DNA of 64,000 nucleotides. Origin: a virus. Its lineage: Duplodnaviria > Caudoviricetes. The notes under the pieces were generated by a model that made no database searches, was not told where the DNA came from, and saw only the letters and a program-made list of their open reading frames with translations. The translations under genes were made by a program, and so were the position numbers. The DNA lies in IMG/VR virus record IMGVR_UViG_3300028854_000488; one strand, given 5' to 3'. This document shows, piece after piece, positions 48,415 to 58,517 of this stretch. How positions within the stretch are numbered: position 1 is the first letter of the stretch; each line of letters opens with the position of its first letter.

Positions 48415-48468
48415 TTAAATTCCAGTCAATTGTGATGTATCATCATTAATGATATTTTCGTTACACAT
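48415..48468 (-). CDS. 17-aa attenuator leader peptide (not in the ORF track)
   Basis: MCNENIINDDTSQLTGI*; TGACTGG near its end is complementary to the terminator 5' arm CCAGTCA. Confidence 0.7.
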   Translation of the reverse strand: MCNENIINDDTSQLTGI

Positions 48469-48576
48469 TTCTATATATAAATTTTGATACATTTTGTTTT
48501 CTTTTTTATTTTTTTTTTAGTCTTTCTTATATATAATAGAAAAAAAGTCATTTTTTTCTATTTTTAATTTGTAGTA

Positions 48577-48584
48577 CAAAAGTA
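48577..48584 (-). promoter_or_regulatory. Bacteroidota-type -7 element TACTTTTG upstream of the first leader
   Basis: TAnnTTTG match. Confidence 0.5.
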
Positions 48585-48686
48585 ATACAAAGTTTTTAAT
48601 CTACCAAATGTTTTTAAACTTATTTAAAAAATAACCTTTCTTTTCAGTGAAGAAAAAAAAGGTTTAGTTTTTATACTTTTTAATTT

Positions 48687-48866
48687 TTACAACGAAACTT
48701 CTTCTTTTTTCATTGTATAAAATGTAAGTCCACCTTTTTCTTTTCCAACACCAGGTACAGTCATAAAATTATTAAAATTTACACTTTTTTTTACTGAATG
48801 ATATTCATTTTTAGTCAAAAAGAAAACTTTTGCTGATTTAGATGAATTTTCTGAATTTGTTGTCAT
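48687..48866 (-). CDS. 59-aa hypothetical protein (not in the ORF track)
   Basis: MTTNSENSSKSAKVFFLTKNEYHSVK...EEVSL*, downstream of TACATTTG at 48915-48922. Confidence 0.55.
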   Translation of the reverse strand: MTTNSENSSKSAKVFFLTKNEYHSVKKSVNFNNFMTVPGVGKEKGGLTFYTMKKEEVSL

Positions 48867-49073
48867 AATAGTTGAATTTAAATTGTTTAAATGTTTGTTG
48901 TTTTAATTACACTACAAATGTACTTCGAATACTTTTATGTACCAAATATTTAATTTGTTTTTATTATTCTTTATAATAATTTGTATATATTTCACATTTA
49001 GAATATAATTAAACTATAAAAATACTAATAATTAAAAAAATATAATAATATATACTCAAAAATAATATAGATT

Positions 49074-49316
49074 ATGAAAAAAATAAAGAATTTTTTAGAT
49101 TATAATTCTATGAATGAAAAATGGGAAGAAGATGTTAAAGTTAAGCATACTGGTGAACATGCAGGTAAAACTATTGAAGAATTAAATAATGAATTATCAT
49201 CACTTAAAAAAAGAAGTAAGAAATATCAAGATGAAGGTAAAGATGTGCCTAAGAGTATTATTGATCAAGAGCAAGAAATAAATTTTGCAATTAGAGCAAA
49301 ACGAAATTGGAAATAA
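49074..49316 (+). CDS. Hypothetical protein with capsid-targeting-like N-terminus
   Basis: MKKIKNFLDYNSMNE. Confidence 0.7.
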   Translation: MKKIKNFLDYNSMNEKWEEDVKVKHTGEHAGKTIEELNNELSSLKKRSKKYQDEGKDVPKSIIDQEQEINFAIRAKRNWK

Positions 49317-49346
49317 AAAAAGCTTCTAAAAAGAAGCTTTTTTTTA

Positions 49347-49868
49347 TTAGTGTTGACTAACTGTTATATTCTTTAAATTATTAAATAATCCATCGTGTTC
49401 AAGTGCGCTATAATAGTTTCCGTCATTATCTGAATAGCTGAAGCAATACATTACTGATCCAGTTACTTCTTTTCCATCAATTATTTGAAGTTTTAACTTT
49501 CTTATATTAAAGAAATCTTTAAGTATTTTTGCTGAATATTTATTTGTAGCATTGTTATATGCTGTCCATCTATCAGATGAATCCTCTATATATTTAAAAT
49601 CATCATATTCAGGCGCTCCATCTCCATAATATCCGCTACTTAAAATTTCAATAGCTTTTTCAGTATTATTTTTAGTTTGATCACATATGTCAGACCATAC
49701 AGTCATTGCAACTTGTTCAACTGAATAAGTATTATCAAAATCATAATATGATTGATTTTTAGTGAATAACATATTTTTTACATCATTTACACATTTAGGT
49801 TCCATTGGAAAAATAACGATAAAACTACTTGATGATGAGTTACTAACAAAACCATTTCTTATTTTCAT
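49347..49868 (-). CDS. MKIRxGFVSNSSSSSF-family protein
   Basis: N-terminus MKIRNGFVSNSSSSSFIV. Confidence 0.85.
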   Translation of the reverse strand: MKIRNGFVSNSSSSSFIVIFPMEPKCVNDVKNMLFTKNQSYYDFDNTYSVEQVAMTVWSDICDQTKNNTEKAIEILSSGYYGDGAPEYDDFKYIEDSSDRWTAYNNATNKYSAKILKDFFNIRKLKLQIIDGKEVTGSVMYCFSYSDNDGNYYSALEHDGLFNNLKNITVSQH

Positions 49869-50031
49869 ATTATTTTATTTTTATCTTTTTTATTAGTTAA
49901 ATCTATTTTGATGTCTGGTTTTTTGAAAATTGCTTCAAAAATTCCTACAATAAAACTTCCTATAATAGAAATTATTAAAAAACATCCAATAAATGTCCAA
50001 AAATCTGAAGTTACATATTTTAAAATTTCTA

Positions 50032-50670
50032 TCATATATTTTTATTTATTTCGTCTAATTTATCTTTTCTTTTATATATTGGATTACACACTAAACATAT
50101 AAGTCCATGTTTTTTTGTGTTCCACATATCATAATAATCGCCATTTTTCTTACATTTTGGACAATATGTTGAACTTTCTTTACCAACTATTTTAAAATCT
50201 AAAGAATAATAATCATTATCAAAAGCATCAAAATCATTTTCATATTTAGTTAAATATTCTATAGTATTCCAGTCATCACTATTAACTTTATAATTTTGTT
50301 GTATTATTCTTAATTCTGATATCGCATCATCTGATAATTTTGTATTATATTCATACAACTCCCAATCTTCGTTATTGCATGTAGAAACTAAATAGCGATC
50401 AGCTACTTTTTTTATATATGTATCATAGTTACAACTTTGAAAGGTTATAGCTTGATTTTCATCTATATTTTTTAATATATTAATATATGAATTATATTCA
50501 GTTATACTATATGCATCATATTCTTTATTTTTCATATCATTATCAATATATTGTTCATATTTTACATTAATCATATATGTAGCAAGATCACGTACACTCT
50601 TAAAACTTTTATCAGAAATTATAAAACTACTAGATGACGAATTACTTACAAATCCACTTCTTATTTTCAT
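50032..50670 (-). CDS. MKIRxGFVSNSSSSSF-family protein with C-terminal Zn ribbon
   Basis: MKIRSGFVSNSSSSSFII; CPKC...CLVC; RKDKL. Confidence 0.85.
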   Translation of the reverse strand: MKIRSGFVSNSSSSSFIISDKSFKSVRDLATYMINVKYEQYIDNDMKNKEYDAYSITEYNSYINILKNIDENQAITFQSCNYDTYIKKVADRYLVSTCNNEDWELYEYNTKLSDDAISELRIIQQNYKVNSDDWNTIEYLTKYENDFDAFDNDYYSLDFKIVGKESSTYCPKCKKNGDYYDMWNTKKHGLICLVCNPIYKRKDKLDEINKNI

Positions 50671-50684
50671 TTTTATTATTTATA

Positions 50685-50987
50685 TTAACAATATCTAGTT
50701 CCAGTTATTAATTCAACTTCACTGATATCAACATTTAATGTTTCAGATACCAATTTAGATTTTTCTATTATATCATCTATTGATGTTATACTACTATATA
50801 ATTCTTCTCCATTTGAAATTATATAACCAATAATATAATTATAGTTAGTCATATCCACATAAAGTGTTTCTATTCCATTATCAAACCCTTGTTCAATTTC
50901 TTCTTCTGTACAATCTAATCTTTTGACTCCAATTATTACAAAACTACTTGAACTTGAATTACTTACAAATCCTGTTCTTATTTTCAT
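50685..50987 (-). CDS. MKIRxGFVSNSSSSSF-family protein
   Basis: MKIRTGFVSNSSSSSFVI. Confidence 0.85.
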   Translation of the reverse strand: MKIRTGFVSNSSSSSFVIIGVKRLDCTEEEIEQGFDNGIETLYVDMTNYNYIIGYIISNGEELYSSITSIDDIIEKSKLVSETLNVDISEVELITGTRYC

Positions 50988-51007
50988 TTTTTATTTATCT
51001 TTTATTT

Positions 51008-52042
51008 TTATAATAAATGTGGTTTTGCTTCAGCAATTCCAGCATTTGTTACTTGAACCCATTTTGGATTATATTCAGATAGATTGTTAGCTCCACCATA
51101 AGATAATGCTGAACGAACTCCATCTATTAATCCTTCTATTACAAATTTGACACCACCTTTAAATGGTATTGTTGTTGACTCACCTTCCACGTTTCTTTCT
51201 GCTTGATTGTGAACAGTTTTTGTTTCTAATGAAGCAGAGCCTCTATAACGTTTATATAAGCCATTAGAACTCTCTATAATCTTTCCTGGTGACTCTTCTG
51301 TTCCAGCTAATAGAGAACCTAACATAACACTAGATGATCCTAATGCAAGAGCCTTAGAAATATCACCGCTATTTCTAATTCCTCCATCTGCCATAACAGG
51401 AACTTTAGCAACAGATATAATATCAATTAAACTTGTTACACTTGGTATTCCAAATCCTGTTTTTAACCTTGTTGTACATAACGCCCCATTTCCAATTCCG
51501 CATCTTAATCCATCAGCACCCCAATTCTGTAAATCAATTGCTGCTTCTGCTGTTGCAATGTTACCTGCAATTACATCAATATTTAAATTTAAGCCTTTAA
51601 TTGCTTCAATTGCTTTTTTGACATTTATATGATGTCCATGAGCAACATCAATAAGAATGACATTTACTCCAGATTTAATTAATTCTTTTGCTCTTTCTAA
51701 AAAATCTCCAGTTGATCCTACTGCAGCCATTATTGGAATTTTACGTCCAATAAAAGGATTATGAGAACTATTATTAATATAATTAGTTAATTTTTTAATT
51801 TCAACAATTTGATCTTCTATAGTCATAAATCTATGAATACATCCAATGCCTCCTAATTGAAACATTTTACATGCCATTTCATATTCACAAACTGTATCCA
51901 TTGGTGATGCAACTAATGGTATAATTAATTCATAATTTTTTGATAACTTTGTTATTAAACTAATTTCACTTCTATGTTCTACTTCAGAATATGATGGTAT
52001 GTTTTGAATATCGTCATATGTTAATGCTATATTATTTATCAT
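51008..52042 (-). CDS. IMPDH/GMP reductase family protein without CBS domains (GMP reductase favoured)
   Basis: ASPMDTV, IDVAHGH, AGNIAT, GIGNGALCTTR, ADGGI, YRGSAS, VEG. Confidence 0.85.
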   Translation of the reverse strand: MINNIALTYDDIQNIPSYSEVEHRSEISLITKLSKNYELIIPLVASPMDTVCEYEMACKMFQLGGIGCIHRFMTIEDQIVEIKKLTNYINNSSHNPFIGRKIPIMAAVGSTGDFLERAKELIKSGVNVILIDVAHGHHINVKKAIEAIKGLNLNIDVIAGNIATAEAAIDLQNWGADGLRCGIGNGALCTTRLKTGFGIPSVTSLIDIISVAKVPVMADGGIRNSGDISKALALGSSSVMLGSLLAGTEESPGKIIESSNGLYKRYRGSASLETKTVHNQAERNVEGESTTIPFKGGVKFVIEGLIDGVRSALSYGGANNLSEYNPKWVQVTNAGIAEAKPHLL

Positions 52043-52087
52043 TTTTTATTTTATATTTTATATTATTTAATTTTTATTTAATTTTCA

Positions 52088-52531
52088 TTAAAATGATATT
52101 AATTTTAAATATCTACTATCAAAATTAATACTATTATTTATATGAGATCGTAATATTGGATGCAATTTAAAACTTAAATCTGAATCAGATATTATATCAA
52201 TATTTCCAATATATTTTTCGAAATTTTTAATTACATTTTTAGTATTATTAATATTAGAATTTAATATAAAATTAATAATATTTAATAATTCAAAATCTTG
52301 CTTATTAATTTTCCATATTTCACAATATTTAGACCAAAAATTCATATCATAATCTATCTCTTGTTTCTTATAATTATTTTCAATATCACATATAAAAATA
52401 TTTTTACCTAATTTATTAAAAAAAGTCATTGATTTTTCTATTAAATAATCAGGTGATGTATATATGATTTTATTATCATTTAACATAATACCAAGGTAAT
52501 AAAATATATTATGAATTTGATTTTTTGTCAT
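52088..52531 (-). CDS. Hypothetical protein
   Basis: 147-aa ORF. Confidence 0.7.
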   Translation of the reverse strand: MTKNQIHNIFYYLGIMLNDNKIIYTSPDYLIEKSMTFFNKLGKNIFICDIENNYKKQEIDYDMNFWSKYCEIWKINKQDFELLNIINFILNSNINNTKNVIKNFEKYIGNIDIISDSDLSFKLHPILRSHINNSINFDSRYLKLISF

Positions 52532-52556
52532 AATTTTTTTAATTATAAATAATTAT

Positions 52557-52949
52557 TTAATAATTGTCATTACTTACCATTTGAATATACGTGCAAATTA
52601 CTCCTGAAATTCCATATTTTTCAAATTTTTGACGTAATGCATCATCTTCTTCTGGTGTACGATCTTTAAATTCTGTTACTTCACCATCTTCTAATCCACC
52701 GAGTGAATCACCTACAATAAGAGTATTATAATCTTTTTCTCCAAAATAATTACCATTTACTTCAATTCTGAAATCATCATCAATTTTATTTGATATAAAT
52801 TCATATTTATCATATTCATCTTCAATATTATCAAATTCTTCAATAGGAATATTTAATACTTTAACTAATTCTTCTACTGTAATTTTAATTCCTCTTATCA
52901 CAAAAGATGAACTACTTGAATTACTTACAAAACCATTTCTTATTTTCAT
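52557..52949 (-). CDS. MKIRxGFVSNSSSSSF-family protein
   Basis: MKIRNGFVSNSSSSSFVI. Confidence 0.85.
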   Translation of the reverse strand: MKIRNGFVSNSSSSSFVIRGIKITVEELVKVLNIPIEEFDNIEDEYDKYEFISNKIDDDFRIEVNGNYFGEKDYNTLIVGDSLGGLEDGEVTEFKDRTPEEDDALRQKFEKYGISGVICTYIQMVSNDNY

Positions 52950-52968
52950 TTAATTTTTTTTTTTAATT

Positions 52969-53412
52969 TTAATAACTTCCTCCACTTTGAATACGAATGT
53001 TATCATTATCAACATTTATTCCTTTATCACATAGATAAGATTCTAGTCCATCACCAGAATCATCAGATGCTGAACATTCATAATAACGATATTCTTTATT
53101 CTTTATTTTTTCTAACTCTTCTCTTGAAATATCAGGACAACTATCATTTATAATTATATTTATCATATCTTCTTCTGATAAATTTTTATCTTCTGAATAA
53201 CAATAATTATTAAATATATCTTTAATAGTCATTTCTTTTAGATTTTCTAACATCCAATTAGATAATTCAGAAGCAAATCCACATAGAATAGAGTTTTCTT
53301 TTAAATCAAATAATTTCATAAGCATATTATTTGATATTTTTTGATCATTTTTAATAAGAACTATAAAAGAACTACTACTACTGTTGCTTACAAATCCATT
53401 TCGTATTTTCAT
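52969..53412 (-). CDS. MKIRxGFVSNSSSSSF-family protein
   Basis: MKIRNGFVSNSSSSSFIV. Confidence 0.85.
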   Translation of the reverse strand: MKIRNGFVSNSSSSSFIVLIKNDQKISNNMLMKLFDLKENSILCGFASELSNWMLENLKEMTIKDIFNNYCYSEDKNLSEEDMINIIINDSCPDISREELEKIKNKEYRYYECSASDDSGDGLESYLCDKGINVDNDNIRIQSGGSY

Positions 53413-53413
53413 A

Positions 53414-53767
53414 TTATTTATTATTTAAAATTTCATTAATTTTATTTTTATTTGCAATAATAATTTTGCCTTCATCTGGTCCACCTTCAACTTCTGCAAT
53501 TACATATGGCTTAACTAATTTATCTAAATGATCAGGAAAATCGAAATCTTCAAATTCATCTGTATTACAATACTCATATATGGAATCATACCATAATTCT
53601 TCATTGTCGATGAGCATTTTTAATAAGTCTTTAAATCCATCTAATGGAAAATCTTCATATTTATTAGTAATCTTATCATAATCAATAACATCAAGAAAAT
53701 TCTCAGGTAACAGAATTACAAAAGACGAACTACTTGAGTTGCTCACAAATCCACTTCTTATTTTCAT
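53414..53767 (-). CDS. MKIRxGFVSNSSSSSF-family protein
   Basis: MKIRSGFVSNSSSSSFVI. Confidence 0.85.
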   Translation of the reverse strand: MKIRSGFVSNSSSSSFVILLPENFLDVIDYDKITNKYEDFPLDGFKDLLKMLIDNEELWYDSIYEYCNTDEFEDFDFPDHLDKLVKPYVIAEVEGGPDEGKIIIANKNKINEILNNK

Positions 53768-53792
53768 ATTATTTATATTTAAATTTTATTAT

Positions 53793-54306
53793 TTAGTTTA
53801 TTAATCTATCAATTCCTATTGCAAATCCAACTCCTCCATCATATTCTCCCCCACCACAAATTTGTTTTGATGAACCTAATTTTTCACAAGTGATTTCAAA
53901 TCCTTTACCGTCTTTATAATAATCAAGTCCTCGTTTAACATCATTATTAATGATATAATTATCAATATTGACAGTGAAATTATTTGTTAATAATTTCATT
54001 GCTAAATGTTGTAAATTTGCTCCTTCAGATAGATAATCATGAGTAGGATTTAATATTTCAACTCCAAATTGTGTAAATTCTCGGAATCTTGCATATTGTG
54101 GTTTTTCACCACGGAAACATCATGTTGTTATTCTCTTCACCAACTTTATTTTTGAATAATTCTTGAAGTTGAATAATAGGTATTTGAATTTCTTGAAAAT
54201 GATATTCATCAATTAATATTGTAATCATAGAATTAATCAAGTTTCTCTTTTCATTACCAACTAAAATTCTGGTTCCTTTATAACAAGTTTCTTTTATTAT
54301 TTTCAT
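53793..54306 (-). pseudogene. hisS: Minimal histidyl-tRNA synthetase-like catalytic domain, frameshifted and internally deleted near 54115
   Basis: Frame 1: KGTR...FQEIQIPII..ELF.NKVGEE..MMF. Frame 2: FRGEKPQYARFREFTQFGVE (motif 2), RGLDYY, GGGEYD, GFAIGIDRL (motif 3). Confidence 0.8.
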
Positions 54307-54749
54307 TTACGATAATTTCTTTTATTATTATATTGTTTTATTTTTTGAGTATCCATTTTTGATTTATTTTTATTGTTGAATACTTTTATTTCTCTTTGAT
54401 ATTGGTTATTAATCTCATCAATTATTTTACAATCATCATATGTATACCAATACATTGTACTATAATTAGATATAGATTTATTATTATCAATTCTTGAATT
54501 TTGAATAAAATCTAAAATTAAATATTCAGAACTATAATATTCTATTTTGTTATCTAAATTTAATATTTTTAATTTCCTTATTAATTGTGTATCAACACTG
54601 AAATTTATAATACCAGTACACACATTATCAATATGTAATCCAAAATATTCTAATTTACTAAATTTAATAATTCTTTTTTTATAACATTTGATAGCATCAT
54701 CATTACATTTTGAGACATCAAAAGTAAAGTATGTAATATTATCTATCAT
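54303..54749 (-). CDS. Hypothetical protein
   Basis: 148-aa ORF, internal RKLKI. Confidence 0.65.
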   Translation of the reverse strand: MIDNITYFTFDVSKCNDDAIKCYKKRIIKFSKLEYFGLHIDNVCTGIINFSVDTQLIRKLKILNLDNKIEYYSSEYLILDFIQNSRIDNNKSISNYSTMYWYTYDDCKIIDEINNQYQREIKVFNNKNKSKMDTQKIKQYNNKRNYRK

Positions 54750-55048
54750 TTTTCTAACTCTTTTTTAGTAATATATTCAATAACTTCTTTTGATTTTTTA
54801 ATTTCAGACATTACAAATAAGTATAATGTATCTTTAATGATAATTTTTTCTCCATTTGAAGAATTATCTAATATTTTTAATAAATTATTAATAGGACCTA
54901 TTTTATTTCTAATATCAGCAAGTTCTTCAAATTGTATTTTTTCAATTTCTTTAAGAAGATCTTGTTTATCATTCCAACTTGATGTTGGTTGTTGATCAGA
55001 ATCAAATTTCCAAAAACTATTTATTAATTTTGATATTTTTTTTATCAT
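54746..55048 (-). CDS. Hypothetical protein
   Basis: 100-aa ORF. Confidence 0.65.
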   Translation of the reverse strand: MIKKISKLINSFWKFDSDQQPTSSWNDKQDLLKEIEKIQFEELADIRNKIGPINNLLKILDNSSNGEKIIIKDTLYLFVMSEIKKSKEVIEYITKKELEK

Positions 55049-55302
55049 ATTGTTTTATTTAATTCTTTTAATTTATTTAACCTTAATAATTTAGTTTTAT
55101 GATATTTAATCTTATTTAAGAATAAATGTTTATCTGAGAATTCTCCTAAATAAATGTCAAAACCTCCATAATATAACTTGAAACTATCATTAACATTTAA
55201 ATATTCAATTTCCATTGCACGATAAGAAGATTTAGTATCATACCAAATATCATCTTCAATATCATATTTAAAATTATTTAATATTAGATCAGTATATTTC
55301 AT
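55045..55302 (-). CDS. Hypothetical protein ending RLNKLKEL
   Basis: 85-aa ORF. Confidence 0.65.
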   Translation of the reverse strand: MKYTDLILNNFKYDIEDDIWYDTKSSYRAMEIEYLNVNDSFKLYYGGFDIYLGEFSDKHLFLNKIKYHKTKLLRLNKLKELNKTI

Positions 55303-55351
55303 ATAATAAAGTTACTATTTATTTTTGAAATTGCCAAATTATTTTTGAATT

Positions 55352-55825
55352 TTATTCTATTATTTTATATTTATTATTATCTAAGCATATAACTTCCTTA
55401 TAATCATCTTTATATTTTAATCCAGGTAAATACGTATCAATATCACATGATATATAATCAATATAATATGAAGTTTGCTCATATTTTCTATATGATCCAT
55501 ACCAAATTAAAGTATAATTATCATTTATATTTACTTTATTTTCTCTCCAAATATAGCCTTGTTTACCTAAAACGCTAATTAAATCGTTATTATATTTTCT
55601 ACAATACCCGCATATCGGTAAATCAACATGTTTTCTAACTATTTCATATCCAATTTTATTCAATTCTTCGAATATGTCTTTCACCATCTGTTCAGCTTCT
55701 TCTACTTGAAGTACTGCATACACGCCTTCTTTATTTTCTGTATATCTTGATATATAAATTGCTTCATAAAGAGCAAATTCAATTAACTCTATCTCTTTTT
55801 TTATTGATAAATCTTCTGTTGTCAT
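55352..55825 (-). CDS. Hypothetical protein
   Basis: 157-aa ORF; CGYC. Confidence 0.65.
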   Translation of the reverse strand: MTTEDLSIKKEIELIEFALYEAIYISRYTENKEGVYAVLQVEEAEQMVKDIFEELNKIGYEIVRKHVDLPICGYCRKYNNDLISVLGKQGYIWRENKVNINDNYTLIWYGSYRKYEQTSYYIDYISCDIDTYLPGLKYKDDYKEVICLDNNKYKIIE

Positions 55826-55844
55826 AATTTAATATATTTAATGA

Positions 55845-56761
<917 letters not shown>

Positions 56762-56855
56762 ATGCTTAATTATTTAGTGTAATATATTATTTAGTTTGCA
56801 AATATACAAATAAAAATTGAATAAACCAAACTTAATATATACAATTAAAAATGAA

Positions 56856-57008
56856 ATGATATATATTAACGAATTTGAATACTTTTTATTTGAAAGACAA
56901 CATGTTGATGGTGTTATTGATAGAGTAGAACAAGATAAAAATGATTCAATAGAGAACGAAGGTTATTTTGAACAAGATATAAATTATGATGAATATAAAA
57001 AATCCTGA
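56856..57008 (+). CDS. Small acidic protein
   Basis: Likely start MIYINEFEYFLFE. Confidence 0.55.
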   Translation: MIYINEFEYFLFERQHVDGVIDRVEQDKNDSIENEGYFEQDINYDEYKKS

Positions 57009-57028
57009 AAATAAGGACTTTTTATTTT

Positions 57029-57868
57029 TTATAAATCAGTAATAACTTCATCAATAACTTTATTCAATTTTAAAATATGTTTTTTTAATTTATATTTGAA
57101 TCTCTTATTCCAATTATTAAAATATTCAATTATTTCATTTTCATTGCTAACATTAGTTATAAATGAAAAATTTATAAAATTATTTTTTAATTCATTATTA
57201 AAATCATTAATTAATATGCAAGTCAAATTAACACCAAGTATTTCTATTAAATCACTTGTGTATGATTTTGGATTAAAATTATCAATCTCTTTATATTTTT
57301 TCCAAATATGAGTAGTTTTTAATATATTAAATAATTGTATTTTATCTTTGATATTTTTAAATTTTAATAATTGATATGTTTGAGAAACTCTAGCATTTAA
57401 TTCATTATCTAATGTTAAATAAACTATATTTCTAAAATATGAGAATATATCAAAATTGTCTTGCTTAATCGTTTGTATTAAAGATTTTTTAATATTATTA
57501 TAAAGTGGTAATTTTTTATTATTTTTAACAATATTATAAAACTCATACAAATGTGTTAGCTCATGTGTAACAATTTCAATTAAATAATAATGATCAACAT
57601 CTTCTATAAATGGTAAATCAAATTTTATTGATAAATTATTCAAAATATCATCATCAGTATTTTTTTTAACAAAAAATGCTGAATTATAATCTCTAGTTAT
57701 ATTATTAACTTCTATTGAAATTTTATTAATTAATTTTAATTCTGATATATCTATTTCTATATCAAAAACTTTAATGTCTTTGAAAATATTACCAACTATT
57801 ATGGTAGATAATTTTTTTATAAAGTTAGATATACCCTTACCTTCATTTAAATAATCATAATATGTCAA
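57029..57868 (-). CDS. HExxH (zincin-motif) protein
   Basis: IVTHELTHLYE...NELNAR; N-terminus MTYYDYLNE. Confidence 0.6.
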   Translation of the reverse strand: MTYYDYLNEGKGISNFIKKLSTIIVGNIFKDIKVFDIEIDISELKLINKISIEVNNITRDYNSAFFVKKNTDDDILNNLSIKFDLPFIEDVDHYYLIEIVTHELTHLYEFYNIVKNNKKLPLYNNIKKSLIQTIKQDNFDIFSYFRNIVYLTLDNELNARVSQTYQLLKFKNIKDKIQLFNILKTTHIWKKYKEIDNFNPKSYTSDLIEILGVNLTCILINDFNNELKNNFINFSFITNVSNENEIIEYFNNWNKRFKYKLKKHILKLNKVIDEVITDL

Positions 57869-58009
57869 TTCAATTATTTATTTTTATAATAGTATATATT
57901 AAATTATATTGATTCAAACAGGTTTCTTTTTTATCATATTTTCAATATAATTATTTTTTGAATTTTTATATTATTTTACTCTATTTTTATTATATACCAA
58001 TAATAATAT

Positions 58010-58204
58010 TTATTGCTTCTTTGAGTAAGGAGTGACATTATAACCTTTAGATTCAAAATCTTTACGTATAAGATGCTCAATATATTTTGACCTATTCACA
58101 TTATTTTCTTTTAAATAATCTTCCATAATATCATCTAATTTATTATCAATTGTTATTGAAATACCAGGTTTTTTATTCTCATCAGATAATTTTTTTCTAG
58201 ACAT
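58010..58204 (-). CDS. Small ribbon-helix-helix protein
   Basis: ISITIDNKLDDIM...NRSKYIEHLIRKDF. Confidence 0.7.
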   Translation of the reverse strand: MSRKKLSDENKKPGISITIDNKLDDIMEDYLKENNVNRSKYIEHLIRKDFESKGYNVTPYSKKQ

Positions 58205-58350
58205 AATTCTTTTTTATTTCATATATAATAATTTTTATAAATAGTTTTGAAAATATGTTATATAACATATAAAAAATATAATAAAAACATGAAAATAACA
58301 TTTTTTGACTTTTAAATATTTATATATAGTAATAAATAAAATAAGTTATT

Positions 58351-58515
58351 ATGAATAATATAAAAACAAAAATCGCAAGAAGAGTTTCAATAGATAGAAA
58401 ACTTGATAATCTAATGAATGAAAAAATATCAAATAAGTCAAAGTATATTGAGTATCTAATATATCAGGACTTGAGTAAATTGAATGACGAAAGAATTAAA
58501 AAAATAATATTGTAA
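58351..58515 (+). CDS. Small ribbon-helix-helix protein (not in the ORF track)
   Basis: MNNIKTKIARRVSIDRKLDNLMNEKISNKSKYIEYLIYQDL... Confidence 0.7.
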   Translation: MNNIKTKIARRVSIDRKLDNLMNEKISNKSKYIEYLIYQDLSKLNDERIKKIIL

Positions 58516-58517
58516 AA

